A stretch of DNA of 64,000 nucleotides from Azolla caroliniana. Its lineage: Eukaryota; Plantae; Polypodiophyta. The stretch is from positions 7,874,001 to 7,938,000 of the forward strand of contig JBHGNT010000008.1 in the NCBI GenBank assembly GCA_043228905.1. Reading direction: 5' to 3'. The position numbers were made by a program, and so were the translations under genes. The notes under the pieces are model-generated. The model saw only the letters and a list, made by a program, of their open reading frames with translations, was not told the origin of the DNA and did not search any database. This document shows, piece by piece, positions 1 to 12,359 of the stretch; position 1 is the first letter of the stretch, and each line of letters begins with the position of its first letter.

Positions 1-751
1 CTGAAACTCGAAAATATGTTATGTGCACAAAAATGGTTACCTGAACTGAACACCAATGCATAGATTGAATTTCATTCTGCTGCTTGAAAGTATAATTCTC
101 TGCGAAATCTACTACTGAGACTACTACATCATTTGGGAAATCAGATATGCAAGTCTTAAACTGATGGGCCTGCCATGAATAAATGAAGTTGTGTTTAATG
201 AACTTTCCTAGAGATACTACAAACAGAGACACCAAATCCCTTGGTTTAAGCATCTTCCGAACTAGATCCTTTCTTTTACACACCTTTCCTTCGAAATTGG
301 TGTTCACTGACTCAAATAACTTCACAGAGATCAATATTTCACTACTCAATTCATTTGGACACCACCTAAATCTAGTAGGGCCACAATCTTGACATAAACC
401 CATGACACATTTATGAATATGGAAGATAGCGTCAGTTTCTCTCGGACACAATATTGAATCTAATAAATAACTCATGGAAGAGATAACATGCTCAGATGAT
501 TTACACTCCTCTTGCGGGCTTGATCGACAGATTGGGCACCCACATGTGCAAACTGTATTAGTTAGGGATGCGCTATGGTGACGTAGTAGATTAACAGAGT
601 CCTTCAGAAAACCCATCTGTACATGGTAAATGCAACAACATGTGTATCGATCCTTTAAGCGTCTCACAAAGTGTGGCTTAAGAGACTCGAATGTTCGTAG
701 TTGAACTTTGATAGTTGGATGCATTCGTTTGAACCTAATAAATAAATCGAC
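1..751 (-). CDS. Sola2-like DDD transposase, copy 1, exon 2 (runs off left edge)
   Basis: Manual translation from 751 downward gives 250 codons with no stop: VDLFIRFKRMHP..LKPHFVRRLKDRYTCCCIYHVQM..CTCGCPIC..CVMGLCQDC..FIKHNF..VVSVVDFAENYTFKQQNEIQSMHW. A CAG acceptor precedes it at 752-754. It is absent from the ORF track because it has no stop in the window. The Sola2 label rests on recalled motifs. Confidence 0.85.
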
Positions 752-765
752 CTGCGTAATAAAGG

Positions 766-2075
766 GGAATTAGTTATTCTCGTAACTAGCTAACTATCCT
801 AGTAGCTAATTAGCTATTCTAGTAGCTAGTTAGCTATTCTAGTAGCTAGTTAGCTATTCTAGTAGCTAATTAGCTATCATGGTAGCTAATTAGCTGTCCT
901 AGTAGCTAATTAGTTGTCCTAGTAGCTAATTAGCTATCATGGTAGTTAATTAGCTGTCGTAGTAGCTAATTAGCTATCATGGTAGCTAATTAGCTGTTCT
1001 AGTAGCTAATTAGCTATCATGGTAGCTAATTAGCTGTAGTAGTAGCTAATTAGCTATCATGGTAGCTAATTAGCTGTCCTAGTAGCTAATTGGTTGTCCT
1101 AGTAGCTAATTAGCTATCATGGTAGCTAATTAGCTGTCGTAGTAGCTAATTAGCTATCATGGTAGCTAATTAGCTATTCTAGTAGCTAATTAGCTATTCT
1201 AGTAGCTAATTAGCTATCATGGTAGCTAATTAGCTGTCGTAGTAGCTAATTAGCTGTCCTAGTAGTTAATTAGTTGTCCTAGTAGCTAATTAGCTATCAT
1301 GGTAGCTAATTAGCTGCTCTAGTAGCTAATTAGCTATCATGGTGGCTAATTAGCTTTCCTAGTAACTAATTAGCTATCATGGTAGCTAATTAGCTGGTCT
1401 AATAGCTAATTAGCTATCATGGTGGCTAATTAGCTTTCCTAGTAACTAATTAGCTATCATGGTAGCTAATTAGCTGGTCTAGTAGCTAATTAGCTATCAT
1501 GGTAGCTAATTAGCTGGTCTAGTAGCTAATTAGCTATAATGGTGGCTGATTAGCTTTCCTAGTAACTAATTAGCTATCATGGTAGCTAATTAGCTGGTCT
1601 AGTAGCTAATTAGCTATCATGGTAGCTAATTAGCTATCACGGTGGCTAATTAGCTGTCCTAGTAACTAATTAGCTATCATGGTAGCTAATTAGCTGGTCT
1701 AGTAGCTAATTAGCTATAATGGTGGCTAATTAGCTATCCTAACTAATTAGCTATCATGGTAGTAGCTATTGAGAGTAGCCAGTTACCTATGTAGTAGCTA
1801 TCATAGTAGCTAATTAGCTATCATGGTAGCTAATTAGCTTTCCTAGTAGCTAATTAGCTGGTAATAACGAAATAGCTAACTAGCTACCATGATAGCTAAC
1901 TAGCTAGCAGTACAACTAATTATCTGGTAGTACCTAAATTAGCTATTGAGAATAGCTAATTAGCTATCATGGTAGTAACTATTGAGAGTAGCTAGTTACC
2001 TATGTAGTAGCGATCCTAGTAGCTAACTGAGGTAAATGTAACTGATAAGCTAATTAGCTTTTCTGCTAACTGAGC
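766..2075. repeat. Intronic 20-bp minisatellite built on the palindrome TAGCTAATTAGCTA
   Basis: About 48 in-register 20-bp units at 781-1740, mostly alternating agtagctaattagctatcat / ggtagctaattagctg(t)cct, decaying to about 2075. It lies inside GT-AG intron 752-2127. Confidence 0.95.
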
Positions 2076-2127
2076 TAATTAACTTTCCGAGTAGAGTCAA
2101 AACAAATGTTGAGATAAATGTAAATAC

Positions 2128-2877
2128 CTGAGGTACATCAAGAAGATGAATGGGATGCTCCTCGTATTGATTTCTTCCAACACGTTTCCTGCATAAATCC
2201 TTTTTATTGGGTGAAACCCTACTCTCATTAGTCCAAAATATTGTGATTACATCCTTGATTTCAAATGTTATGGGTGTCATTGGCTTACATCTTGTAGTTA
2301 GCTTTAGTAGACTAGTTCCTTCACCCGAGGAAATTATACGGTTCATTGTATTGTACACTGTTTTTCTACTAACACCAATTACCTTAGATAGCTCACTGAT
2401 GTTTATATCGTCAACATCACTATTAAGTAACATCATTAGACTAGACCTTTTTAAGACAAGATCATCTTCTGATCTGCTCATGGATACGAAACTATTACGA
2501 AGATTATTTACTAAAATAGATGATATGTTTGCATTAAGACCATCACAATCAACTAAGTCCTTTATCGATGGATCATTACATATTCCATAAAGTACTACCT
2601 TCTTTTCTTCATTGCTGATGTGCTTGGTTTGAACATTGAAATAGTCTACAACCTTTCTCTCTATGATGGTAGTCGCATTACTTACATTCTCAGCTAAACT
2701 ATCCTTACCTTTACTGAGTGTGGCTTTCGTATCCTTCAACAATTGACGATGTTTCCTTTTTTTTTCTGCCCAATAGTTTCGTATGGCTTGTTGTGTCCTG
2801 ATAACATCATCCCTATCCTTATGATCATTGAGGGGTAATTCTAAACACCCTTCTTCCCCTTCCATTTGGCTAGACAT
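2128..2877 (-). CDS. Sola2-like transposase, copy 1, exon 1
   Basis: ORF 2050..2877 has an HTH-like segment (ISELSKVIGVSRKTVY) and FW...RVSPNKKD. A CAG|GTATTT donor at 2128/2127 splices in phase 0 to exon 2. Homologous to 31105-31416. Confidence 0.8.
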
Positions 2878-3179
2878 GTTAAAACCCTAAATTTCTAGAA
2901 AAAAAAACAAGTATTAAAGATGGCTATGGGCAACAACAATACACAAAAATATTCCACACAATACACAAGATTAGACACAACAATACACAAGATAATCAAT
3001 AGACAGAAAAGTTATTGCAATCCAAGACCGAACAGTAGAGGAATTCACTCTGTTGGATCCAACAGTTGAGGAGGCGATCCAAGACCGACCAATGGCAACA
3101 ACTGAGTGTAGAATGTTGCCATTGGATGAGTGAACTCCGTCAAATCGAAATGTGGAAGCAATCCGGGACTGGACAGTAG

Positions 3180-3950
3180 TGGCAACTGAGTATAGAATGA
3201 TGGCAATGGAGGAGAGAACCCCGTCAGATTGAACAGTTACCGATGATGCTTGAAACGCACATAGAAGGCACTTGAGAATAGAGTGGCATAGAGAAGAGAA
3301 CCCCGTCAGATTGAACAGTTACCAATGATGCTTGAAACGCACAGTAGCGGCCCCTGAGTGAGAGTGGAAAAGAGAAGAGAACCCCGTCAGATTGAACAGT
3401 TACCAATGATGCTTGAAACGCACAGTAGTGGCCCCTGAGTGAGAGTGGAAAAGAGAAGAGAACCCCGTCAGATTGAATAGCTCTTTGATTATGCTTGGAA
3501 CGCACAGTAGCAACCCCTGAGTGTAGAGTGGCAAAGAGAAGAGAACCCCGTCAGATTGAACAGCTCTTTGATGATGCTTGGAACGCACAGCAGCGGCCCC
3601 TGAGTGTAGAGTGGCACAGAGAAGAGAACCCCCTCAGATTGAACAGCTCTTTGATGATGCTTGGAACGCACAGTAATGGCCCCTGAGTGTAGAGTGGCAC
3701 AGAGAAGAGAACCCCTTGAGATTGAACAACTCTTTGATGATGCTTGGAACGCACAGTAATGGCCCCTGAGTGTAGAGTGGCACAGAGAAGAGAACCCCGT
3801 CAGATTGAACAGCTCTTTGATGATGCTTGGAATGCACAGTAGTGGCCCCTGAGTGTAGAGTGTCACAGAGAAGAGAACCCCGTCAGATTGAGCAGCTCTT
3901 TGATGATGCTTGGAACGCACAGTAGCGGCCCCTCAGTGTAGAGTGGCGGC
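3180..3950. repeat. ~83-bp tandem repeat upstream of transposase copy 1
   Basis: About 9 copies of gagaagagaaccccgtcagattgaacagctctttgatgatgcttggaacgcacagtag..cccctgagtgtagagtggca. Degenerate precursors extend back to about 3020. Confidence 0.93.
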
Positions 3951-4240
3951 AGGTGGACTCGATAGGGTTTAGCAACAGTGGTAGCAACTAACCCACAGTA
4001 CTCAACTAGAGATGGCCTACGTGATGTGGCAAAGGATCATGCATAATGGACCTAGGAATTTGATATATAATTTATGGTACACATTTATGGTGCACACATC
4101 AATTTATGTTGCACATTTATGGCACTCATTTACATATGTAATTAAAACACTCTAGTATTTTCAATGGTAGTTTTTTGCATACTTAATTTATTAATGATGG
4201 CTTTTTACTAAAATGACTATTTATCAATGGTAGCTTTTTG

Positions 4241-4300
4241 CATAGCTAATTAGCTATGTCAAGGACATAGCTAATTGTTTCCACTCGCATGCTTTCACCC
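4241..4300 (-). other. Putative 5' terminal region of Sola2-like element 1
   Basis: Contains palindrome catagctaattagctatg (4241-4258) and a second half-site. The minus strand from 4300 reads GGGTGAAAGCATGC, resembling GGCTCGAAGCATGC at 32864 upstream of copy 2. Confidence 0.45.
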
Positions 4301-4681
4301 TTGGATAGAATGAATGATATGTGCATGCACTATCATGATTTAGACAACCAATGAATAGAGAGCCTTTTAGAAAGGCACATCTATTCAAGGGGCCTAGGAA
4401 AAGGTATAAATATGAGGCTTAGCTACCCTCATAGAAAATCACGTCGGAAGGCTGCTGTCGTAGACACCGGTGGTGCGGGCTAGGCTTTCGTCTCGACGAT
4501 CGTGTTTATCTCTTCCAAGGTATTAGTCATCCTAATATCCGGCGGTATGGGACGTTAGTGGTAGGTTGGCTATGTCTAGATCATAGCTCGGGGGTGGTCG
4601 GGTGGAACGGGTTCTTCTATCCAATCTATTTTCTTCCTTTTTACTTGATTTGGTCTATTGATTAGTAATAGACTCTTAACA

Positions 4682-5597
4682 TGTACACCCACTTGTTTCG
4701 GAGTGCCCGCTTTCCTTTCGGCAGCTCCACCAATTCGTACGTATGGTTCTCATGCAGGGAATCCATCTCATCCTGCATGGCACTTAACCATTTGCGGCTG
4801 TGGGTGTCATCCTTCGCTTCTTCAAAGCTTTCCGGCTCCCCTCATCGGTCAGCAGAACATGCTCTGCATCCGGAAATCTCCGGGGCGCCCTTCTCTCTCT
4901 GAGAGGATATCTCCGTCTTCGGGCTTCGGTAACCGGCTCCTCCATTTGCTCTTCATCCGAATCTGATTCAGGGTTTTGGCCGGTTCCGGTTTCAACTTCC
5001 TCTACTTCTTCTTCAGCCTATTCGGTATCCTCACCGTAACCGGTTGGTCCCTCGAGTGCTAACCGGTCTCTTGCCGGTTGGGTCTGCTCGTCGTAGAGTC
5101 GATCCCTACCGGTCGACTCGGAGTTCATTATCTTCTTCTCCGACTCCCAGTCGGCGAGCGTCTTGTCCTCCATGAAGATAATATCTCGACTCCGGAAATC
5201 CTTCTTGTCGACTAGGTCCCACACTCGGTAGCCGAACTCATCGTCACCGTAACCGAGGAATATGCATAACTGGGTCTTTGGATCTAACTCTCCTCTCCGG
5301 TCCTTAGCTACATGCACGTACACGAGACACCCGAACACCTTCAGATGCCGGTAGGATACTTCCTTACCGGTCCACACTCTCTGTGGCGTGTCTCCATCCA
5401 AGGGTACTGAGGGTGATCTATTTATCACATATGTCGTCGTCGACAATGCCTCAACCCAAAACTTCTTGGGTAGTTTTGCAGGCGCTAGCATACTCTGGAC
5501 CCTCTCCATTATGATCCGGTTCATCCTCTCGGCCAGTCCGTTTAGTTCCGGCGTCTTCGGCACGGTAAATTCGAGCTGGATTCCCTTTCCGGTCGTG
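4682..5597 (-). pseudogene. Ty1/copia integrase-to-RT fragment (same family as copia C and D)
   Basis: TPELNGLAERMNR, FWVEALSTTTYVINRSPS, GYRVWD and RALRNKWVY motifs. Near-identical to 25700-26570 in reverse. No LTRs. Confidence 0.92.
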
Positions 5598-6474
5598 CTG
5601 GCACTAGTTCCCTCTTCGTCGCTATTTGTCCCACCGTGCATCTTGCACCACGCATTTGAAAATGCACACATTGTCGCTAACCGCTTTCGGAAACACGTTT
5701 GAACATACGTTTGTTGCGTATCCTTTTGCGACGTCCTCTCGCACAACATCACCGTGTTGCATTCCTCGACCTCGACGGCTTCCAATCAACATCACCATTT
5801 CCCGTACATTGTCCATTTGATTTCTCGCACATTTTGTCGTTGCCATGTCTTTCCCACATAGTATTCTTCGACTTCGTCTCCAAAGGGGGGTTGCCTTAGT
5901 GGTCGCCAAAAAGTGTTGTAGCTTTTTAGGGTTAGGGATGACGATTATGATAGCATGATGATAATGATGGTTGTGATGATGGAGATAAGAATTGTGGAAT
6001 TGATGAGGATGGGATGAGCATCGAGAAGCATTGCGGGGTGGGGGGTGGTGCCTAGAATGGCTCCACTCCCCTCCTAAGGGGGTTCAACGTTAAGGGGGAG
6101 GGAAGAGAGAGAGATGATGAGAGAGAGAGAGAGATTGAGAGAGAAATGGTTATTGTCTTCATTCATTCCCCATAAGGGGTTAAATAGGTACAAAGGGTTA
6201 GATACACAAGGGTGCAAGCCCTTTGGGCATTCACACCTGACCACTCACTCACACCTCTTTGTATCCACCACACTCACACTTACATTCACACCCATAATCG
6301 TATAACATTACACATACATATCAATACATTACATCTTTCACCCTCACTTATCACAGTTATCAATCACTCGTACATCTCATACGGTAACACACCTCACTCA
6401 ATTGAAGAAGGATTATATCACTGAACTAAAGTCACGATATGAACAAGTTTATGATATGAAACATGTCCTAAGCA

Positions 6475-9400
6475 ATGAGGTAGGAGATGTCTTTGCATGT
6501 GCATTTTCATGTGAACTCGATGGTGGCATTGAAGTTGATTAGGAAGATATAGAGGGTCCAACACTACCATGAAGTCTGAGGGTACCTCTCATATTGAAAT
6601 CCCAACTAAGACATCTGTGTTGACTCAACAAATTGCAAAACAAAGAGCCACACTAACAGAAATGCATAAAGAGAGATTGTTGCGTTGTATAGCTTCCATG
6701 TAAACAAAAATGCAAGCATTGCATGCCGATTTGGAAGAAGTTTCATCTGATGAGATGGCGGTAGAGAAACAATTCACATCTATGTGGAATACATACGAAT
6801 GGATTGCATCCACAATCCAAAATTCTGAAAGAGATGTGTTGAAAGAGGAGTTGAAGAAGGAGCTCACAAATATGGGTACTCATCTAGAAGCACAGAAGAA
6901 AAATCTAGAGACATGGAGGTCTTCTCGTTCTGAAATTGATGAACAGTTAAGAATCTAACATGTTTGATGAAGGGTATAAAAGAGAAAGGTTTAGATACTA
7001 TGTGTCTAGACGTAGTTGAGCACCCCGCTTGCATGGAAAGTACAATTACAAGTATTACTATATCACGGTAATGGTTTATATTTTTCCTTTTTGACCTTTT
7101 ATGGTATAAAATATCATTGCTGCTAATATAGTGTATGTTGTTTCTCGTTTCTAAAGGTGTTTATTCTGTGGGATTGGATTCAAGCTTGAGCCTATGGATG
7201 CTATCATTACACCATGCTTGCACACATATAATTTGTTATGCACTAAGTACCATTTCGAGAAAGAAAATATATGTTTGGGCTGTAAAAGTACAGTTGGAGC
7301 TGAATGATACATAGCTTGGGGTTTGAGAGTACACTCCTATGGTATGTGATTAAGCATTATGCAATTTTTATACTACGATTTTATAATTTTACTTTTGGTT
7401 CTGTTCTTATACCTATGAGTATTGTTCCCTCAAGATCCTTTATTCATGATTCAATATTAACATTACCAATTACATTGTACTTTTTGTGTCCACTTGACTT
7501 AGGCTTTGCATGACCAAACAAATAGGGACGAAGGTCTTGTTTGTTTAGTACTAACATTGTTTATTACCACATGAAATATCGACTTTTTGTGTCCATATGG
7601 TTCAGTATTGTGCCCTCAAGTCCTTTTTTTGTTGATTAAGTACTAACAATACTGATTACATTGTATTTCTTGCTGATCAGTTGATTAAGTATTGATTATT
7701 TAATACTAAAGGTCTTAATTGTCCACTAGACTACTTGTATTAGTACTAAATTGTTCATTACATTGTACGTTTTGTGTCCACTTGACTTAGGCTCTACATG
7801 ACCGAACAACACCACATGAAGGTCTTGGCTGTTTAGTACTAACATTGTTCATTACCACATGAAATATCGACCTTTCTGTTTCCAGGTGGTCCAGGTGGTT
7901 CAATATTGTGCCCTCAAGACCCTTTTTTGTTGATTAAGTAATAACAATACTGATTACATTGTATTGCTTGCTGATCAATTGATTAAGTAATTATTATTTA
8001 GTACTGAAGGTCTTAATTGTCTATAATTTGGACTACTTGTATTAGTACTAAATTGTTCATTACATTGTACATTTTGTGTCCACTTGACTTAGGCTCTGCA
8101 TGACCGAACAACACCACATGAAGGTCTTGGTCGTTTAGTACTAACATTGCTGTTTACTGATTATAATGTAGTCCTTCGTGATTAGTTGAATCCGTACTGA
8201 TTATTTAATACTTAAGGTCTTAAATGTCCACTTTATTCAGTACTAATAATATTTGTAATATTGGACTCATGTTATAATATGGACTCTTATAATATGTATT
8301 CTTATAATATGAATGTTGTAGTATCTAGCAACACCATGACAGGGAAGGTAATTGACCAACCAACCCCCGCAATACTACGTACAGAGTTTGCTGCTAATTC
8401 CAAAGTCCACGGTCGTTCCTTAGTGATACCTGATGAAATTTATGATGAAGATGAATGTATGAAAAAGGCCATTAGAACAGTTGAAGATGTGTTGCTTCAA
8501 ACAAATTCTCCTAGCTCGGCACGCCCTGATTGTGTGAATGGTAATGCTAATTGTGTTTGCACTTCTAAGTTCTGAAATGTTGGTATATTTCTAATTTCTT
8601 ATGTTTCTATCATAAAGCCTACGAAGAAGCGTAATGTTGCAAGAAAATTGTATGGAAAGAGGAAGAAATGCAAAGTTGATTGTTGTGGTGGGTCATATAA
8701 ATTCTCACAAACTTTGAGAGTTATAAAGTTATCTTTGTTAGACTAATACCACATACTTTTTTTTTTAGACAAGGAAGAAAAGATTAATGAAAATGGAGAT
8801 ACCAATTCAGAGCCACAATATGAAGAAGAATTTACTCACTTCCAGGTACACGTTCAGAACCCTCTCATCTAATACTTATTTTGACCATATTACCCTATTG
8901 ACAATAATGTACAAGTGTTGTGAAATCTTGGCATGATCAAGAGCCCCAACTTGAGACTGGCACCATCCCAAGCAATAATGATGAGTGTGAGGCCAATGCA
9001 AACCAGGACTTGCAGCACATGGCAAACACAATCATTTGCAAAGACTCATCTACAAAAGATCAGGATGACGATGTAACAGTTGGTAAAAATTTGTCCCTTA
9101 ACCTTAAACATTTGGCTAGGTGCCTTCACTATTTCAGAATGTGAATTGATCTAGTTCTTGTATCCCTCTATTTTATTTAGGAGTAGAAGAACGTGGAGAT
9201 TCCCAAATAGCATTAGATGATTCAGGCAGTTTATGGAGAAATCTTGATTATTCAGACTCAAACGCTACCACATATGAGGAATGTGAAATCACCCAAAAAG
9301 AGGAGCTAGAGTGCACAAAGAATGAGGTGACAAGCAACTTATACGAGTCTGTAGGAATGTGAATTTGACCCAAGGAGAGGATCATGGTTGTACAAAGAAT

Positions 9401-9883
9401 GAGGTGTGTGTCCAGAACACCGCAAGTAGCCTTAACTTATGGCAAGATTGTATCATTAAGGAGACTGTAGCAACCACCCAAGAAGAAGAATAGGGTGGTA
9501 CTATGAATGAGGTGTCTTACCAAAACACCGCAAGTAGCCTGCAGTTGGAGCAAGATTGTAGAAAGAACCAAGTGTCTAGCATCATCAACGAGGAGTTTGC
9601 AATGAAGACGACAACCCTAGAAGAGGAACATGTTTGTACTACTAATAAACAATTAGTGCAGAACATCGGTTCTACCCATGAAGAGGAGCTGGGAAATTTG
9701 AAGAATGAGGTGTCCAATGACTTCCAGGAGATTAATGGTAAGACTATCGACCGCATCCTCTTGGAAGTGTGTGCATCTCAGGCAGTTGCAATAGAGCACA
9801 TTGTTCCCTCAAGCTTGGCTTCCCCCTCCAATGATGAATTGCCACTCAGTATTTTACTATCTCGTGGCTTTAAGATGAAGTAG
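6475..9883 (+). pseudogene. Decayed multi-exon gene of unknown function (coiled-coil, basic and acidic segments), convergent with transposase copy 2
   Basis: Coding-like segments at 6710-6958, 8330-8540, 8618-8690, 8769-8845, 8920-9082 and 9181-9883. Several have GT/AG borders (tttag|ac 8768, cag|gta 8845, tttag|g 9180). In-frame stops are present. Confidence 0.5.
7440..8250. repeat. Three ~290-300-bp diverged tandem units rich in TTAGTACTAA
   Basis: Anchor cacttgacttaggc at about 7491, 7779 and 8081, with recurrent tagtacta. Confidence 0.85.
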
Positions 9884-9974
9884 GGTGTGAAATCTGAGAA
9901 GATAGCTTCCAAAATTTGGAGCATTACAAGATCCAGAAAAATAAAACCAAATTTTATTGTATTTAGATTGTTGT

Positions 9975-10580
9975 CTTTAATTGATTACCTGTTTCTTGAC
10001 ACTACTTTGGTTTACTTATCCAAAATGTGAATTTGATACTATTTTAGAACTCATATATTTGAGAATGATCACATTGACACTTGTATGCACACACATGACA
10101 GTGAGAAGATGAGCGATGAGTGGAATGAACACTCCTATCTTAGATATGTCTAGGTTAGTAAACACTTAACACAGTTTAAGTACTAACTTGATATGCATTG
10201 TAATTAGTTGTCTACTACCTTGTGCCACTCAGTAGTCTGAGAGATTGTTGTCTGTAATTGATAGGAATGCTAAGTTATTGATTACCTGCTTCTTGACACT
10301 ATTTTGGTTTACTTGTTATGCACACATGTGATAGTGAGAAAATGATTGATGAGTGGAATGAACATTCCTATCTTAGATATCTCTAGGTTAGTAAACACAT
10401 AACACAGTTTAAGTACTAACTTGATATGCATTGTAGTTAGTTGTCGACTACCTCGTGCCACTCAGTAGTCTGAGAGATCGTTGTTTGTAATTTATAGGAA
10501 TGCTAAGTTATTGATTACCTGCTTCTTGACACTGTTTTGGTTTACTTGTTATGCACACATATGATAGTGAATTTGATACA
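9975..10580. repeat. ~232-bp tandem duplication with partial extra copies
   Basis: Anchor tgattacctg(c/t)ttcttgacact at about 9982, 10279 and 10512. Blocks 10087-10318 and 10319-10560 are near-identical. Confidence 0.85.
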
Positions 10581-11529
10581 TATGAACTCCTAAAGAGTTA
10601 TAGGCATAACATAGTATGTATACTTGAACAAACCTTTGTATTAGTACTATCATTTAACATGTTCAATCTCCCTCAGGAGTGTACCACACACTAGACAAAA
10701 CAAAGTGGATATAATGAAGGAAAGAGTGTGCTATGAATGATGAGTGTTCCTTACTTTGAACATGTGTGAGACAGTGAGAAGAGGAGTAAAACTTGGAATG
10801 ACCACTCCTAACTTGGATACCTCTAGGTTAGTAAAAACTTAACACAATTTGAGTACTAACCAAAGAGATTTTCTACCAAGCACTAGACATTTTATGTAAA
10901 AGAAAAGTACATATCTAAAGCAAAGAGGGATATCGTTAGATTTGTCATTGCAAACTCATAATAATTCAAAAAGATACATATGAAAACCCAAGATGATATA
11001 TTTCCTTTAATTTGTAAGTCAGAGTTTGAATACATGCGAAAGTTACATATGAAGACCGTGTGCCATTCTAAGCATTAAAGAGGGAGACTTCCCCCAATAT
11101 GTGTTCATGTACCTCTTTGGGGACCTTGTAGACAATGTTGTATCCCTTAATCTTGTGCTTTGCTTGAGTCATAGTGAACTTGATTGAGATAATGGCATGA
11201 ACATAGATTATTGCGATGGGTGCATCTTTTAATAATGCATATGTATTCTTGCATTGTGGCAACTTTGCATAGTAGTTGCCATACATGACAAACTCACCAA
11301 CATTGAACATGTTGCCCCAGCCATCCCTCACGACTTCTTCCAATATTGTATTTCCTTGCTTGCACACCACAATGTAGTAGTCTTCAAAATCTTCATTTTG
11401 AGGAGATTTGAGCACCGCAAAATGATCTCCAACTTCCAATAATATTGCCAAGTCCTCACACTGGTTGTAGTAGACAATATTGTCTGAATGTCCGTTTTCT
11501 TGGATATCCACACATTGTTCTATCTCAAG

Positions 11530-12359
11530 CAAGGTTGTTAGGTACGTTAGATACGGTATGGGTACCATATGTATATAATGTATTAATACACGTATAGTAC
11601 CTCCCAATTTAAAAATACGTTAAATACGTTTTTTAATATGTTAAATACTTATAAAATACATAAAATATGTATAGTAAGTTAAATACTTCTAGAATTTGAA
11701 AATTATTTAGTTTTCTAAAAATATATGTAATATTGTAAAAAGCATCTATGTTTACACAATTTCTACATCCTAAAATGCATATAAGAACATTTGAACATTT
11801 CACATCCTAAACTACTTATAATATGGATGTCGACATTCACTTATTCTATAAATCAGCGTGTGTATCACGATGTTCTACTTCAAATTGTAATTATTTATGA
11901 TTATGCCTTCATAGATTGAGGAATCATCTACGATTATCACACTCAGGATAGGTTTTTGTCTACTTTTCTCTATTGTCCATCTTCATCTTCATCTTCATCT
12001 TCATCTTCTTCTATCTTCTATGATTATCACACTCATAGTCAAGAGAGGTTTCTTTCTTCTTTTCTCTTTTTTTTTTCTTCTTCTTCGTCATCCTCATCAT
12101 CTCTTATGTTCTTCTTTCTTCCATCTTTTTTGCTTCGTTTTCACTAAAATCATTTTTTTCTTTTGCTTTTTGTTTGGGTTTTACTTACATTATTTTATGA
12201 ATTCGTATTATACTTGTTTTTTCAAATGTACGTTACATACTGTATTGGACAAATGTACATGACATTTGACTAAACAACATTGAGGTATAGTACGTACTAT
12301 ACAAATTATGAGGTACTATACGTATTAAAACGTTAAATACGGGTACGTAAACAACCATG
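11530..12359. mobile_element. hAT-like MITE (830 bp) inserted in a transposase exon
   Basis: 8-bp TSD ATCTCAAG at 11522-11529 and 12360-12367. TIRs CAAGGTTGTT / AACAACCATG, subterminal TACG/CGTA motifs and a non-coding AT-rich interior. Removing it restores ..KLQKLEIEQCVD.. Confidence 0.88.

Noticed and set aside
766-2075. CRISPR-like array of palindromic repeats
   Set aside because: The 'spacers' are only about 6 nt and recur, there are no cas genes, and the context is a eukaryotic intron. It is a minisatellite.
3224-3920. Overlapping repetitive ORFs
   Set aside because: They are artefacts of an 83-bp repeat, which is not a multiple of 3.
5018-5785. 255-aa fusion ORF
   Set aside because: It is chance read-through across the junction at about 5597 between unrelated DNA and a copia integrase fragment.
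5923-5937. Telomere-like tttagggttaggg
   Set aside because: Only two units; not an interstitial telomeric array.
11956-12262. Ser/Phe-rich ORFs
   Set aside because: They come from low-complexity (TCATCT)n and T-rich DNA inside the MITE.
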